The notes below the pieces were generated by a model that ran no database searches, had not been told where the DNA came from, and saw nothing but the letters and a program-made list of their open reading frames with translations. Shown here one piece after another: positions 63,456 to 64,000 of a DNA stretch of 64,000 nucleotides. A program made the position numbers and the translations under genes. Source of the stretch: an uncultured Candidatus Saccharibacteria bacterium (GTDB lineage Bacteria; Patescibacteriota; Doudnabacteria; UBA920); contig CAZHIA010000001.1 of the NCBI GenBank assembly GCA_964532425.1, forward strand, positions 44,889 to 108,888, written 5' to 3'. Position 1 is the first letter of the stretch. Every line of letters begins with the position of its first letter.

Positions 63456-64000
63456 ATGAACTACTCAACCCCAGACGTTTCGTCGTTGTTCCAGACTGCC
63501 CACGAAGAGGGCGATATTTCCGCAGCTTCCCTAAACGTGCTGAACATCGCTGACGTCGGCGCCGCCATTCAAGGCGCGCTCGGCGTGAACGTGAGCGTGG
63601 TTCAAGCGGGAGAGACCATGCTGGTGACCGTTGTTCCTGACGATTCCGGTTCCATCCGATTCGTCAGCGGCAATGCACAGGCTGTTCGCGAAGGCCACAA
63701 CGGCGTCATTGCCGCGCTGAAAGGCTCAAAGCAGACTTCCAACATCCTGGCCCAGTGCCGGTATCTGAACGGGACCGTGCTGTACCCGTTCGTGCCGTTG
63801 GACCAGGCAGTGCTGATGACTGCCCAGAACTACAATCCCAACCTCGGGACCCCGCTCTACGACCAGGCGGTGCTCGTGCTCGGCACGGTTATCGCCAAGT
63901 GCCAGGAGTTTATCGACAACGGCCAAGTCCCGCGCAGCGCCACGCTGTTTGTCACCGACGGCAAGGACGAGCATTCGCCCGTTTACGCCGGCGGTAAAGG
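63456..64000 (+). CDS. hypothetical protein, 3' partial (runs off the window); not in the ORF track
   Basis: AGGAGA RBS before ATG 63456; I translated it by hand to the window end and saw no stop, but this was not machine-checked. Confidence 0.4.
   Translation, partial: MNYSTPDVSSLFQTAHEEGDISAASLNVLNIADVGAAIQGALGVNVSVVQAGETMLVTVVPDDSGSIRFVSGNAQAVREGHNGVIAALKGSKQTSNILAQCRYLNGTVLYPFVPLDQAVLMTAQNYNPNLGTPLYDQAVLVLGTVIAKCQEFIDNGQVPRSATLFVTDGKDEHSPVYAGGK

Noticed and set aside
1-64000. CRISPR arrays, tRNA and rRNA genes
   Set aside because: There are no regularly spaced direct repeats with unique spacers. The only tandem arrays are 9-bp CCTAT units, and the rest are dispersed hairpins. No tRNA D-loop or T-loop signatures (GGTTCGAATCC-type) were seen in intergenic regions. 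No rRNA-like conserved blocks.
63456-64000. vWA (TerY-like) assignment for the partial ORF, which would complete a phosphatase-kinase-vWA triad
   Set aside because: Only a ..LFVTDGKDEHS.. stretch resembles the vWA C-terminal motif. No N-terminal DxSxS MIDAS motif is present in the available 181 aa.

Overview
This 64-kb window comes from a bacterial chromosome of moderately high GC. It uses strong Shine-Dalgarno sites and its genes lie mostly on the + strand.

Backbone genes:
- a P1B-type metal ATPase
- an ABC-2 exporter pair
- a SAM-I riboswitch followed by metK
- an MltB-like lytic transglycosylase
- galT
- engB
- coaD
- an L,D-transpeptidase, a macro-domain protein, a YgjP hydrolase and a DUF2207 membrane protein

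Three things stand out.

1. Repeats. Intergenic space is packed with several families of short palindromic hairpin repeats. These include GTAG-headed REP-like elements, GTCATT-headed nested hairpins, a ~295-bp MITE-like element and AT-rich palindromes, with modules shared between families. A REP-associated tyrosine transposase (RAYT) sits at 50.6 kb. It has a REP copy in frame inside the gene and another copy over its stop codon.

2. A low-GC island at about 24.5-35.4 kb. It carries a four-gene, translationally coupled operon: an SNF2-family helicase, a small unknown protein, an N6/N4 DNA methyltransferase (Mod-like) and a type III Res-like helicase-nuclease. Downstream is a GIY-YIG nuclease plus membrane-protein module, which is bracketed by ~70-bp direct repeats.

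3. A PIF1 helicase / RadC / PIF1 helicase module at 10.4-16.0 kb. The second PIF1 has a Myb/SANT-like N-terminal extension. Period-9 CCTAT tandem arrays sit directly after radC (just upstream of the second PIF1 start) and directly after the second PIF1 stop.

Other notable features:
- a second AT-rich block at 16.5-18.9 kb that ends inside an ORF
- a putative small RNA at about 16.2 kb
- a NERD plus DUF2726-like nuclease-fold pair
- a coupled PP2C phosphatase and Ser/Thr kinase pair
- a cluster of NAD/ADP-ribose-related genes

I found no rRNA, tRNA or CRISPR array.
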